Source: Octopus vulgaris
Taxonomy: Eukaryota
NCBI GenBank assembly: GCA_951406725.2
Contig: OX597822.1
Coordinates: 37,076,001 to 37,140,000, forward strand
DNA length: 64,000 nucleotides
Direction: 5' to 3'
The translations under genes and the position numbers were made by a program. The first letter of the stretch is position 1, and each line of letters starts with the position of its first letter. The notes beneath the pieces are model-generated. The model did no database searches. It had not been told where the DNA came from and saw only the letters and a program-made list of their open reading frames with translations. Shown here in pieces: positions 37,097 to 50,400 of the stretch.

Positions 37097-39253
37097 ATGG
37101 AGTATAGTGGGGACAGTCAAGATGAGAGTCTGTTGGATGTGAAACCATTCCATCAGGACATTACTGATGAGACATTTTCTGAGGAGAATAACACCAGACA
37201 GACACATTCAGATGTGAAACCATTCAACTGTGACACAAAAAGTCAGTCTGTTTCTCACAATAGCCAGTTGTCTACTGGAAAAGAAATTCACTCAGAAGAA
37301 GAAGAGTCCAACCATGAAAATTTGGGTGAGTATAAAGGAGTCCAGTTGACCGTGAGCAACAAACAGAGTCAGTCAAAGGGAAGTACCAACCATTGCGAAT
37401 TGTGTGGGAAAACATTTTCTCTTAAAAGTGATATCACTCAACATAAATGTCTAAATACAAAAGTGAAAATTCATCAGTGTAAAGTTTGTGAGAAAACTTT
37501 CTCTCATCGCAGTGCTTTATCCATTCACAGACGGATTCACACAGGGGAGAGACCCTTTGTCTGTGAGTTTTGTGGTAAAGCATTCTCTCAGAGTGCTCAT
37601 TTGACTAAGCACCTCCGTGTCCATGCAGCAGAGAGACCTTATACCTGTGACATTTGTAACGAATCTTTTTCACTAAATTCTGATCTGTCTCTCCACAAAG
37701 CAAGCCACACTGAAGAGAAACCATTTCACTGTGAAATGTGCGATAAGTCTTTCTCTCTAAAACGGTCTTACCTCCGCCATAAGCATAATCATGATAAAGA
37801 GAAGGAGTTTACTTGTGATATTTGTAACAAGACATTTGCCTGGAGCAGTCAGTTGGCTGCTCACAAACGCATACACACAGGTGAGCGGCCTTACAACTGT
37901 GACGTGTGTGGCAAAACATTCTCTCATAGCAGTTCTTTAGCCACTCACCAGATGATTCATACTGGAGTCAAACCATATGCCTGTGACATTTGTGGTAAGA
38001 AATTCTCAAAAAATACATATTTATCTCGTCACAGTCGCATTCATACGGGTGAGAAACCTTACAACTGTGACATTTGTGGCAAAACCTTTTCACAAAACGG
38101 GTCCCTAACAACCCACAAATTAACACACACTGGCGAAAAACCATTTCGTTGCGAAATTTGTGGCAAAGGGTTCTTTCGAAACAGCTATTTATCTACACAT
38201 GTGCGTACACACACAGGAGAGAAACCGTACCACTGTGACATCTGTGGCAAAGCTTTCTCCCGAAAGGGTGGTTTATCTACCCACCAAGTGACTCACTCTT
38301 CAGAGAAGCCATACGTCTGTGAGTTTTGTGGTAATGCTTTCTCAAACATTTACAATTTGATTAGACACAAACTGACCCATACTGGTATAAAGCCTTATCG
38401 TTGTGAGATCTGTGGCAAAGGTTTCTATCGAAATAATCATTTATCTATTCATGTACGCATCCATACCGGGGAGCGGCCCTATGCTTGTGAAATCTGTGGT
38501 AAAACATTCTCAGACAAAAGTTCATTTCGGGGCCACAAACTAACACATTCTACTGAAAAACCATTCTCCTGTGATGTATGTGGCAAAGCTTTTTCTCAAA
38601 ATCGTGTTCTAATTTGCCATAAACGTATTCACACAGGGGAGAAGCCTTACCATTGCGATATATGTGGGAAAACGTTTGCTCAAAACAGTATGTTGAAGTG
38701 TCATAGGCGGACCCATACAGGTGAGAAAGCATTTGAGTGTGATTTTTGTGGTAGGAAATTTGCACAGAGAAATGCATTAGTTTATCATAAACGTATGCAT
38801 ACTGGTGAAAAACCATACCATTGTGACATTTGCGGTAAAAGTTTTGCACGAAGTGGTGCTTTGACTACTCATCAGATTACTCACAGTGGAGTTAAGCCAT
38901 ATGTGTGTGACCTTTGTGGCAAAGCATTTGCACGTTATGACACCTTAGCTCGGCACATACTGACTCACACAGAGAGAGCACCATATTATTGCGACGTCTG
39001 TGGTAAGTCCTTTACCCAGAATAGCAATTTATCTCGCCACAAACAGACTCACACGAAGAACCAGTCATTAGCTAATCAGTCAGCAGCTCACCAGCAAGTA
39101 ACTAACCAGCCAGTAGATAACCAGCTGTTGGATAGCCAATCACCAGCTAACCAGCCATCGGTTGATCAAGAATTAACTAACCAGCTGTCAGATAACCGAG
39201 CATTAACTACTGTAAAGATTGAGACAAATAATAGTGAGGAAACTGTACAGTAA
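37097..39253 (+). CDS. Multi-C2H2 (Kruppel-type) zinc-finger protein, 718 aa, single coding exon, 19 intact + 1 degenerate fingers, no KRAB/BTB/SCAN domain visible
   Basis: Long ORF with CxxC...HxxxH repeats and TGEKP linkers; first ATG in strong context (ACGATGG) after an in-frame TGA at 37055; polypyrimidine acceptor ...ttattgtag| at 36884 upstream. Confidence 0.95.
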   Translation: MEYSGDSQDESLLDVKPFHQDITDETFSEENNTRQTHSDVKPFNCDTKSQSVSHNSQLSTGKEIHSEEEESNHENLGEYKGVQLTVSNKQSQSKGSTNHCELCGKTFSLKSDITQHKCLNTKVKIHQCKVCEKTFSHRSALSIHRRIHTGERPFVCEFCGKAFSQSAHLTKHLRVHAAERPYTCDICNESFSLNSDLSLHKASHTEEKPFHCEMCDKSFSLKRSYLRHKHNHDKEKEFTCDICNKTFAWSSQLAAHKRIHTGERPYNCDVCGKTFSHSSSLATHQMIHTGVKPYACDICGKKFSKNTYLSRHSRIHTGEKPYNCDICGKTFSQNGSLTTHKLTHTGEKPFRCEICGKGFFRNSYLSTHVRTHTGEKPYHCDICGKAFSRKGGLSTHQVTHSSEKPYVCEFCGNAFSNIYNLIRHKLTHTGIKPYRCEICGKGFYRNNHLSIHVRIHTGERPYACEICGKTFSDKSSFRGHKLTHSTEKPFSCDVCGKAFSQNRVLICHKRIHTGEKPYHCDICGKTFAQNSMLKCHRRTHTGEKAFECDFCGRKFAQRNALVYHKRMHTGEKPYHCDICGKSFARSGALTTHQITHSGVKPYVCDLCGKAFARYDTLARHILTHTERAPYYCDVCGKSFTQNSNLSRHKQTHTKNQSLANQSAAHQQVTNQPVDNQLLDSQSPANQPSVDQELTNQLSDNRALTTVKIETNNSEETVQ
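39059..39208 (+). repeat. In-frame 15-bp repeat x10 encoding NQxxx pentapeptides
   Basis: aaccagtcattagct/aatcagtcagcagct/.../aaccgagcattaact. Confidence 0.85.
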
Positions 39254-41242
39254 TCATGGATGTTGTTTGAGGAACTACTGGTGATATTGGTGGTAAACCA
39301 TCCTTTTGGAGTCCTGTTGGAACAATTTACCGTTTCATGTTCTGTGAAATTTTACTAAGCTGTTGTTAATGCAATCTTCCCAAGCTACAATCTAGTTCAC
39401 TGACAAAGGAAGAATATTGTTTGGAAATATGCATTTCCATGGAATCGATCTTTTGATGAAGATTTAGATCTACTTTTTAATTTATTGATATAACAGGAGA
39501 AATCCTATGCCAATGAAATTTGTAGTAAAGCTCTCGAGAATTTTACAAATTTTACAATGAAGAGTGACCAAACCAAAGTAAAATTTTTGGTAAAATAAAT
39601 TTATTGATATATGCTCATAAAATTGTCTAAAAAAAAATTGATATGCTATTAGCCACAAATTGACTGATATATTTATTAGAAAGTGAACAAATGTTGAAGT
39701 CTTTATCTAAAAAAAATTATACCTTATTTAATTCACATACCTGTGGAATTATAATTGGAAAAGTTACAGAAATTGAATGACAGTTTTCTTATGAATGTTA
39801 ACCTGCCAAGTCCTAAGGTTTATGGCCCTATAAGGTGATTCAGTAAGATACCAATTTCAAACTAGTGGCCCAGGTTTTCACTTATTGATTCTGTGTCACA
39901 TTCTACGATCCAAGATGACTTGGTACCATAACCACCACCACCACTACTTCTACCTCTAATAATGAACAATGCACAGTAAATTCAGATAAGACCTTATTGT
40001 TAGGTCTGAATTGTCTTTCTCTCTCATATAAACATAAAGTTGCTTTATTTAACCTCAGACCTATAATCAAAGACATTCTTGCCATGACCAGCTTGACTTT
40101 GCAAACCTAGTTTACATCAGAGGTGTGAATACATTGTGATATGGCATTCATCTGTTTTAAAAAATGGCAAAGGTGGGATTTGAAAAAGATTTGGCTGCTA
40201 TTTAAGTCAGATGATCGTGTAGGGTATCCTTCAGTAGTTTTTGGATTGTGATAGTCATTTCTGTAAATAGTCAAAGACAAGGAGACCTGTTTCTTTGCCG
40301 TCTCTGTGTCCTCCGCTTCCTTCCCTTGACTGCTCCAGTCTGCTTGAAGGAAGCTGTTGTGATTCTGTGGAAGTGGCATTTGTGTTGTTATGCAAGTAGT
40401 GTTTGTACCTTGCTTTGGAGGTGTGTTTTTAATTTTCTACTGTTAATAATTTTCTGTTGTTGGCCTACAGCTTGCCTCATTATATTTGATAGTCAATGAG
40501 ATACTAATGTTTGCATATTTCTGTTGAAACTATCACCAGGAGATGAATTACATTAACATAGCTTCACTAAAACTTGAGAGGGGATTTCAGTACCAAATGA
40601 ACCTCTTGTAATGAATCTCACATATTGTTTGATGAATATAGGTATAAGTCTGTAGTGAAAAAGTTTATTAATGAGTTTGGATATATTGCTTAGTAAATAA
40701 AGTGAAAGTTAGAGTAGTGGTTCTGAAACTGGTAACTGCCAGCTTCCCCTCCTTCCTAAAATATTAGTTAAATTTGTTTATCCTCTCAAGTCTGTAAAGC
40801 ATCTTAATTTTATAAAACATGGCTATTTGTCTGTCTTCTGTCTTGTTTTCAATCGTCACAGTCCCTGATTTATGAGAATCACTGACTTAGTGGCAGACAG
40901 TTTAGTAACCAGTCTGACATGGTGTAATAAATAAAATACAAGTGTACGTTAATGGTGGACAGTTTAGTGACAAGCTGGTTGTTTGTGATTTATTGAGGAA
41001 TTGGTCAGAAAATGGAAGCTTAGTTTTGTCTTCTTTAGTTCTGAAAGTTGGTTAGTTTTCCATTAATAGTCTACTATCAGGATGGTGTCTGAGGGAGGAA
41101 TGTAAATGACTCCAGCTGTAGTTTGTTTCCGATTTCAAATTCCATGGAAAGAATGTAACAGTTTTGTCATTTAACCATGGTCATAAGGAGCTGTACATAA
41201 ATTCATTGCTAGTAATAGAGGTGTTAGTTCTATATTATTTTA

Positions 41243-41453
41243 TCCTTTAGCATTCAGATTACTTTATCAAATGTTATTCTTATTTATTTACATTGTTTTG
41301 AATTAAGTATGAATTATCTTGTAGCTTTAAGATCTTGAATGATGTGATTGTTTACTTTTAGGGTACATATGAGAAACTAGATCTGGTTGGTTTGAACTTA
41401 AAACTGGTTGACTATTTGAGCTGGATATGGCCAATTTAAATGCTAAAGGGTTG
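41243..41453. mobile_element. piggyBac-type MITE (ccctttagcatt family); other copies 60035-60255 and ~43858-44415 (with nested insertion)
   Basis: TIRs ccctttagcatt / aatgctaaaggg; TTAA flanks on the 60 kb copy. Confidence 0.75.
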
Positions 41454-44400
41454 AAGAAAACAGCATTTGGACTTGAATCAGTAATTAATAGTTTCCTTTC
41501 ACTGGCATTGAGACATGAGCATGAAATTTAAGTGAAGGGAATAAGTTGTTGGAATTTAAAGATTTATTATCAAAGTCCATTCTCCAATGGAATTTGGGGA
41601 ATTGGGGCTGCTGTTTCAGGAGATAAATGTGCAACTGTGTTTATTAAAATGTAAAATTTCCTCGACAGGGCTGGGGCCAACTGTCTGATTTAGAATACTC
41701 ATATTTAGGTACCATACAAAACATTTGTACCTCAGTTTTGGCAACTCATTGATAAAACAACAAATGCATTTTTTCATACTGTTTAAATATAATTCGTATA
41801 TTATATAAATGTTGGCTCAGAATTGTCAATTCCTGATATTAATAACTTTGTGATTGTTTTAAATATTACCATGGAGGGTTCCTCGTTTTGTACTCTTAAG
41901 CAAGACAGACAACTCTTTTTGCTTCAGTTTTGTCATGCTTAATGCAATAATGAAAAAGATATTAGCTTTTTTGTTGTTTGTCTTTAGTCAAGAGAGAAGG
42001 CAGTGCCCATGACCCTTTAACAGAGCCTCAAAAACTGGCAGGAGGGAGGATGGTATCCTCAAAACAGAGATCTGGTTTGAATACATGTAATAGAGTGGAT
42101 TATATCAAAAATAGTCAAGCTGTCAGATGGTGTTGAATCAGGCAATAGATTAAGTCTGCTACCAAAGTGATCTCCATCAGGTCTGTACGAGAGACAATTC
42201 TGGGCATGATTTGGTCCTGTATAAACCTCTTGCTTCAGTTTTGTCAACTAAGAGAAGACTCATTGAAATCTTATTTCACAGTCGGTAGCAGGAAAGCTGG
42301 TACTCAATAGTAACTGTTAGCGCTATTGCTTCTATTAAAAGAAAATAAGACAGGTATACATGCTAGCATAGAGATGTTTGGATCCATATAAGTGTCTATA
42401 TTTATATATAATGTTTATTATGTCTATTACCTGATGATCTGGAACATGAAACTCAAATTAGTTGTAATGAAGATTCAGCTGTGAATAAATATATTGATCT
42501 ACACTTTGTGCATGGGTACATTTTTCTTATGTTTGTATGCACTATTTCCCATTCATTTTTCTACTATATATATGTGTATGTATATGAGAGAGAAAGTATA
42601 ACTTTAAATTGCAGCTTAGGTGCACTAACTGTAGGGCCTGTAGCTTCTACCTCATCACTGGTGCTTTGCTGTATCTCTGACCAAGGCACCTACCTGTCAA
42701 AGGCCCAGTTCACCTAGTTGTATATAAGAACCATGTGGAGGTACTGCTTATTACTGAATTCTGAGGAGACTGTTGTGGTTTATATATATATATCCCCTTG
42801 AATCGCAATGTGAAGATGAATCCTTTGATATTGCCCTTATATCGACAATCCTGCGGGGTTACAGTGACATTACTGCTCTCTTCAGAAATATTCTTGTGTA
42901 AATAAGCATATCTCTAAAATAGATACTCTTTTTTATTTATTTTTTTTGTGGCGGTGGTGGTGGTGGGTCCTTTAGCATTTATTACATGTGTGTCATAGCA
43001 ATGTTTTGGTGATGTTACATGTGTTACAAGTGTCACAGCAATGTTACATGAATGACACAACGTTGCATGTGTGTGTGTGTATGTAGACATTGACACAGAG
43101 TCAGTGTTTTTATTAAATAAAGTCTGATCCTCCAAGTCAAATTGTTTCTTGTTTTTCCAATTGTTGCTATAATCTGACATTACTTATGTTAGAATCAGTG
43201 GTTTGTATAAATATTGATTTAAAAAAATTTTTTTCTAACATCAATGCTAAACTGTCTGAAACCACACTTTATTAAAGTGTTTCATTTTAAATAAAAATTC
43301 TTGAAGGTATAGCTGTGTGGTTGAGAATCTTGCTTCCCAACCATATTGGTCTTAAGTTCAGTTCTCCTGCACAACACCTTGGGCAAAAGTCTTATGCTAT
43401 TTTCCCCTGGTCAACTAAAACATTGGGAGTGGATTTGATAGATGGAAACTGAAAGAAGCCTGTTGTGTGTATAGCCTAGTCTTGACACCATGTGATGGTT
43501 GTAAATGAGCACGACCGTTATACAAGCGAAGAGGTTTGTTTCCAGTCTTCAGTGAAAAACATGACTGGCCATGAGAAAATATTACCTTACATGGAGATGG
43601 ATGAAGGTTGGCCAAAGAAAATATGCCTCAAGAAACTCTGACACATGTAAGCATAGAAAAATGGATATGAAATGATGATGAAGAAATTTTCCTTTTAGCA
43701 TGAATGATTAGATTACATTTCCTAAACACTGACAAAATAGTTTCATCCTTGTTGGTGTGATCCCAAAGTGTATACACTGGCATGTTTAGCACCAGTTTCA
43801 CTGCAGCTTTTGCTATAAAGTCAAACAGTATGTGTTGTGTGTATGCATGGGCATGTGGGTTTTAGCATTCAAATTACTCTTTCAATTGTAATGCTATGCT
43901 TCAGGAGACCTATTGAGTCAAGTACATCAACATCAAAATAAATATCAAATGGAAATTGGAGTTGTGATACCTGTGCCAGTGGCATGTAAAAAGCACCATC
44001 CGAATGTGGCCGATGCCAGCGCCGCCTTGACTGGCTTCTGTGCCGGTGGCACATAAAAAGCACCAACTGATCGTGGCTGCTGCCAGCCTCCCCTGGCACC
44101 TGTACCAGTGGCACGTAAAATGGACCCACAACACACAGTGGTTGGCATTAGGAAGGGCATCCAGCTGTAGAAACACTGCTAGATCAGACTGGAGCCTGGT
44201 GCAGCCTCCTGGCTTCCCAGACCCCGGTCGAACCGTCCAACCCGTGCTAGCACAGAAAACGGACGTTAAATGATGATTGTTTTGAATTAATCATGCATTA
44301 TTTTGTAGGCAAGACATTTTCATAGCATGATTGCTTATTTTTAGAATGACATTGTGGGATAGGTATGAGAGACCAGATCTGGCTGGTTTTAACATGAAAC

Positions 44401-47400
44401 TTTTTAAATATTTAAGCCATGCTAAAGAGTTAAGCAAATAACTTTGGTGTCTGTTGTAAGACTTTTCCCATTTAATGTTTTTACTTTTATCCCTAAAATC
44501 AGCCCTGGTCATCTTTTATTTAAACAATATATTTACTTTATACAACAGTATGGCTATGTGGTTAAGAAGCTCACTTTGCAACTCCATAGTTTCAGATTCA
44601 GTTCCACTTTTACCCTTGCCCCCAGGCTGGCTAATGCCTTGTGGTTGAATTTGGTTGATGGAAGCTCATCACATACACACACACACACATGCACGCACAT
44701 CTGTATGTGTGTGTCTTCATGTTTGTTCCACTGCATGACTGGTGCTGGTTTGTTTACATCCCAATAACCATGCAGTTTGGCAAAAGAGACAGATAGAATA
44801 AGTATTGGGGTTGATCAACAAAAACCCTTTAAGACAGTACTCCAGCATGACTGCAGTCCAATGACTGAAACGTGTCAAGGATAAAAGAAAACGTGCATTC
44901 TATTTTTAAGGGTGGAGACTTTATTCAAAGGAAATTCAGTTGCTATTTCTAACAATCAAGTGACCACCTGGAAACACTTCATTAACTTATACTATTTAAT
45001 GTTTAGTGTATGCATATTATGTGGAACCTCACTTAAGATCTTGTGTGAATGTCTGCCCTATTATAACAGTTGTTATAGTTTTGGATCATTTATTTGGGCA
45101 TTGGAACTTGTCAAGGCATCCAGAATATCTCAGGTTTAGTACTTGGAAAGTAATTTTTTCAGGTCGGCTTAATGGTCTCACCTAGCTTAACTTCACCACC
45201 TGGTCCAGGCGTGCCTTTATTTGAATACAATTTATTATAAGCATTTGTGCTGCCATGTCTCCAAAACATCACCTCCTTTTACAGTGTTGAAGGCCTTGAA
45301 ATGGTTCTTTTACTCTGCTTTTCTTCCTCATTTTAATATTTCACATGGAACACTATAACTACTACACAAGCTAGGTATTTACATACTTGAGAGGGTTAAC
45401 CATGCCTCATTTATGAGAACTGGTTTTAACATCAGTATCCACTTAAAATGGACTCTTGAACAAACAAGGGAATTATCCACAAAATGACATTTATGAAATA
45501 GAGTGTCATCACCAAATCTCTGCCTTTGGAAACCCACCATAGATAAAAGTGTGTGTGTGTGTATGTATACACACATATATATCATTGTCATCATTTAATT
45601 TTCCATGCTGGCATGAGTTGGACAGTTTGACAGGAAATGGCAAGCCAGAAGACTACATTATATACGAGGGGATGCTGAAAAGTTCCTGGTTTTAAGGGTG
45701 TCACAAAAGGCCATTGGAGGCCCATTCTGAATTTTTTTTTATAAGGCTTAGAAAAACTGGAGGATGGTGGCAAGAAGTGTGTGAATCTAAGAGGGGATTA
45801 AGTAAAATCATAATTATCTGATCCTCTTGTATTTTCTTTTTCAAACCCCTTTATATATAAATATGTGTACAAGCGCACACACACATATACTCTTATTCAT
45901 CTTTGTTGAAGACTTTGAGGGCATGCACAGCATATGTTCTTCGCTAAATATTAAAAAGGTGACAAACTGGCAAAATCATTTGCATGTCAGATCTTTTCTG
46001 GCATTTGATGTGCTGAGTTCAAGTACAGCCATAGTCACCTTTGTATTTCATTCCTTTAAAGCCAATAAAATATAGTACCAATCAAGTACAGAGGTCATTG
46101 TAATCAATTTCCCCTCCTCTCAAAATCGCTGGCCTTGAATCCAGCAAAAGACCGACTTCCTGTTCAGATGAATGTTGTGATATTATCATCATCTTCTTCA
46201 TCGTTTAACGTCCGTTTTACATGCTGGCATGGGTTTGACAGTTTGACTGGGGACTGGCAAGGTAGGAAGCCACACTAGGCTCCAATCTGATCTAGCAGTG
46301 TTTCTTCAACTGGATGCCCTTCCTCATGCCAACCACTCCAAGAGTGTAGTGGGTGCTTTTTACGTGCCACTGACACGGGGAGACAGTCAGGCAGCACTGG
46401 CAATGACCCATGCATGGTGCTTATTACATGTCACCAGCACGGGAGCCAGTCAGGTATTCCATGGGAACCAAGTGACCACCTTCATGAATTCTAGGCCTCA
46501 AGAAAAATGAATAAACATGAAACTGTTTGATTATGACTATTAGTCTCTATACAGACTTTCACACTATCTAGGGCTATCTTTTTTTCTTTTACTTGTTTCA
46601 GTCATTTGACTGCAGCCATGCTGGAGCACCGACTTTAGTCGAAGAAATCGACCCCAAGACTTATTCTTTGTAAGCCTAGTACTTATTCTATCGGTTCCTT
46701 TTGCTGACCTGCTAAGTTATGGGAATGTAACCACACCAACACCAGTTGTCAAGCGATAGTGGTGGGACAAACACACACACATATATATACAATGGGCTTC
46801 TTTCAGTTTCTGCCTACCAAATCCACTCACAAGGCTTTGTCTATATCTTCATTAGTTGTAGCATTCAGTTGAATGCTGAACAAATCTCACTCTGGATACA
46901 AAAACCAGCTTATCCTAGGTAAGTTTTCTTCTTGGAGAAATTTACAATTATTTGTCAATTTTATTTTGTGGTTGCTGGTTACAATGGTAATCTGAACCAG
47001 CTTGTGGTATCCTCTTACAGCTAGATGAACTGGGAGCATGGAGTGTTGAGTATTTTGGCCATAAACACAATGCAGTGCAAGTAACAAGAGGTAAACCACT
47101 GATCTCCCTGCTTGTTGTGTCTTTGAGCTAGGGTGACTCCCTTTGGTCATGAATGACCATGGGATTACACTTAGAAAGTTACCCTCCGAGACACAAGTCC
47201 GGGCAAGATTGTTCATGGAAGACCAGCAGTCGCCCATGCATACCAGCCTCCTCTCTCTACGCCACCAATGTTATCTAAAGGAAAGGCAAAGGCCGATACA
47301 GCTAGGTACCAGCGACATCACAATTCATTTCTACAGCCAAGTGAACTGGAGCAACGTGAAATAATGTATCTTGCTCAAGAACACAATATGCAGCCTGCTC

Positions 47401-50400
47401 TGGGAATCGAGCTCACAACCTCATGATCGTAAGCCTTCACATTAGCTAACAACTCTATCAAGAGTCTAGGAGCAGGTATGGCTATGTGGTTAAGTTTGCT
47501 TCCCAACCATGTTGTCTTGAGTTCAATCTCACTGCCCAACACCTGTAGTCTTAGACTGACCAAAACCTTGTGAGTAGATTTGGTAAAAGGAAACTGAAAA
47601 GAAACCCATCATTTATGCATATATCTGTATATTTTTGTGTGTTTGTACCTACGCCTTAAATTACATGATGGATGTAAATGAGCATCACTGTTATACAAGC
47701 AGTGTTCATTTCCAATCAGTGAAAAGCATGTCTGGTCATGGGAAATAGTACTTTGCTTCAAAACAGGTGAGGGTTGGTGACAGGAAAGGCATCCAGCTAT
47801 GAAAAATCTGCCTCAAGAAATTCCATCTGACCCATGCAAGCATGGAATAATGGACATTAAATGAGGATGATGATGCCTTACTTGATGCCCTTAACTCTTG
47901 CTAGAGTTGTAGGGGCCACTGCCATGATATACGATGTATCTTCATTTTATACCTGGTGAAACCTATCCTTCTACAGACCTGAACACAGTCAATTTCTTCC
48001 TTATAGAGGAGGACAGAGAACGGACCATAGTAATAGCTAGTACTTTGTTGGTCCCAAGGCCTCAAAGGTACTTCTTTATTGTCTCCAAAGTTGACCTCAG
48101 TAAAACTTGAACTTGTCATCTAGGTTGGTGCATAACTGGTACATAATTTATCGACTCTGAAAGGATGAAAGGCAAAGTCGACCTCGGCGGAATTTGAACT
48201 CAGAACATAACGGCAGATGAAATACCACTAAACATTTCGCCCGGCGTGCTGTTTCTGCCAGCTTGCCGCCTTAAAACATGTTGCATGCTGTTTCTGCTCT
48301 GACTGAAAAACGAGAATGTAATATCACAGTGGCAGTCTCCAACATTCTGAAGTGTAGCACCAAAAATTCGTCTTTTTATAAGCTTTGTTAGAAAGGTTCT
48401 AGAAAATCACATATGACGGCTCAGTTAATCAGCTGATCATGTGAAATGACTGTGACTAAACCATGCCATTTTGCTCAGCAATTTGGCAATTTGGTTTTGA
48501 ATCTGCTCCAAACTCAAAATGCTGAGTCAGAACAAATACCCCCAATGTATTTTATCCAACAATCTAACAACCCTACAAATCCTGTTTCAGTTCTTAATGC
48601 TTACATTTGAGGAAAGGAAGGGTGTCTGTAACAGTTTTCACTCTATGCCAAGTTTGCCTGTAGAGTTACTGCCAGTCTCTTACAATTTAAAAGTTTGACA
48701 ATGCATCAGCAAGGAGCTGATCAAAATTCTAGATTTTATATTAATTTTCCACAAATAATGCTAGTTTTCAATAAGCACAAAATATAGTATTTGTTTAAAA
48801 GTGTGGATATCTATTTATTCATACTAGCTGGTAAACTGAGTTATTGTAATACTTGTGTCCTCCTTATAACCAATCAAAATTGTTTGCCGTCAATTTGATA
48901 TCCTGCTCCCTGCACCGGTTGTCTGATGTGATATCCCAACATGACAGCAGTGATTTCAAGCAAATTACTTTTTATAGTTATTCAATAAATGGTCTAGCAT
49001 TAATGGTGTTTTGATAATTCAATAAGTTCAGTGAGAGCCAGCTGTTGTCTGCTTTTAATCCTCATTTGGGAACATGTTTCATTAAGTAAATTCATACAAT
49101 GTACATAGTTCCAGTGACCAATATACAGCATGGGATGTTATACTACTCACCAATGAAATTGTTTCTTATTGAATAATAAATCCATAACAATATGTTAAGT
49201 TTTCACACAGATAAACAGTATAGATAAAGTGATTATAAAATTATGCATTTGTATTGAATGGAAATACTTTTCTTCCAATAAATAATCAGTCCTTAGTTTT
49301 ATTTTATTTTTTTTTATCTTTTGGCACTAAGCCTAATGAAATGTGTGAAGCTTGCTAAGTATAGGTTACTTTCAAGAAGATAATATTTAACAATTTTTAG
49401 GATGGAGAACTTTACAGAGCTATGGTATATAATAGCTAAATGATTAACAAATTCAGTGAGTAGTAAAAAAAATCCTTGCCTTGCTATCAGCCCTCTATTT
49501 CTTGATAGAGTTATAGGGTCCTGATCCCTATCATGACATACAGCATATCATGGCTAGTTTTAGACCTGATAGAGTCTATTTTTCTCTAGGTCTGACCATT
49601 GCTGATTTCTTCCAGAAAGAGAAACAGATAGAATGATGGAAATGGAAGATTCAACCCTAGTACAGGACTTGCACATTATTCTATCAACCCTGAAATGATG
49701 ATAGACAAAGTTGACCTTGGTGAGATTTGAATTCAGAGTGCAGAGTACCAGAACCATTACCACAAATCAATTTATCCACTGCTCAAACGGACATGTAGTT
49801 AGTTCTCTGTACCATTTTCAATTATAAACTGTTTGATCTGAGAGAAGATATTTTGGTAGGTGGTGATGGCACTGAGTGATATATTTAAAACATTCTCAAT
49901 GAATTATTTGGAAAAAGAAAACAAATACCTAATGGCAATTATAACTGGAACTGAAATAAAACAAAGAGGGAATATTTAAAAAGCAAAAACAAGAATAAAT
50001 TTCACAGAAAATTATATTTTTAAGTTTAAGGAAAAACCTAGTGATTTCAGGTAAGGTGACAGCTGTGAACATGCTAGAGTCCTGTTATGATTTCATCTGT
50101 AAAGAATAGTTTTCTTAAAACCTATATTGATCAGTGATTTTACAGGAGTAGACATCCTTGTGTTATGAAAGTGTTGCATGCCTGAAATATCTTGTTCTGA
50201 CAAAGTTCCATAATGCAACACATTTTTCCCTGTGTTACATGGAAGTCAACAGAAAAATGCATTTTGTGTTAGGAGACTCCTTGTTACAGCAGGATTTTTG
50301 TGAAGCAGCTCTTTGGTAACATAGTACTTGCCTGTTGAAAAAAAGGTATTATGAAGAATTTTGGCTAGTAAAATTGGCATAATTACAAAAATTCTGTTAT

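Noticed and set aside
38550-38849. Antisense 99-aa ORF
   Set aside because: Shadow of the repetitive zinc-finger coding strand; no independent features.
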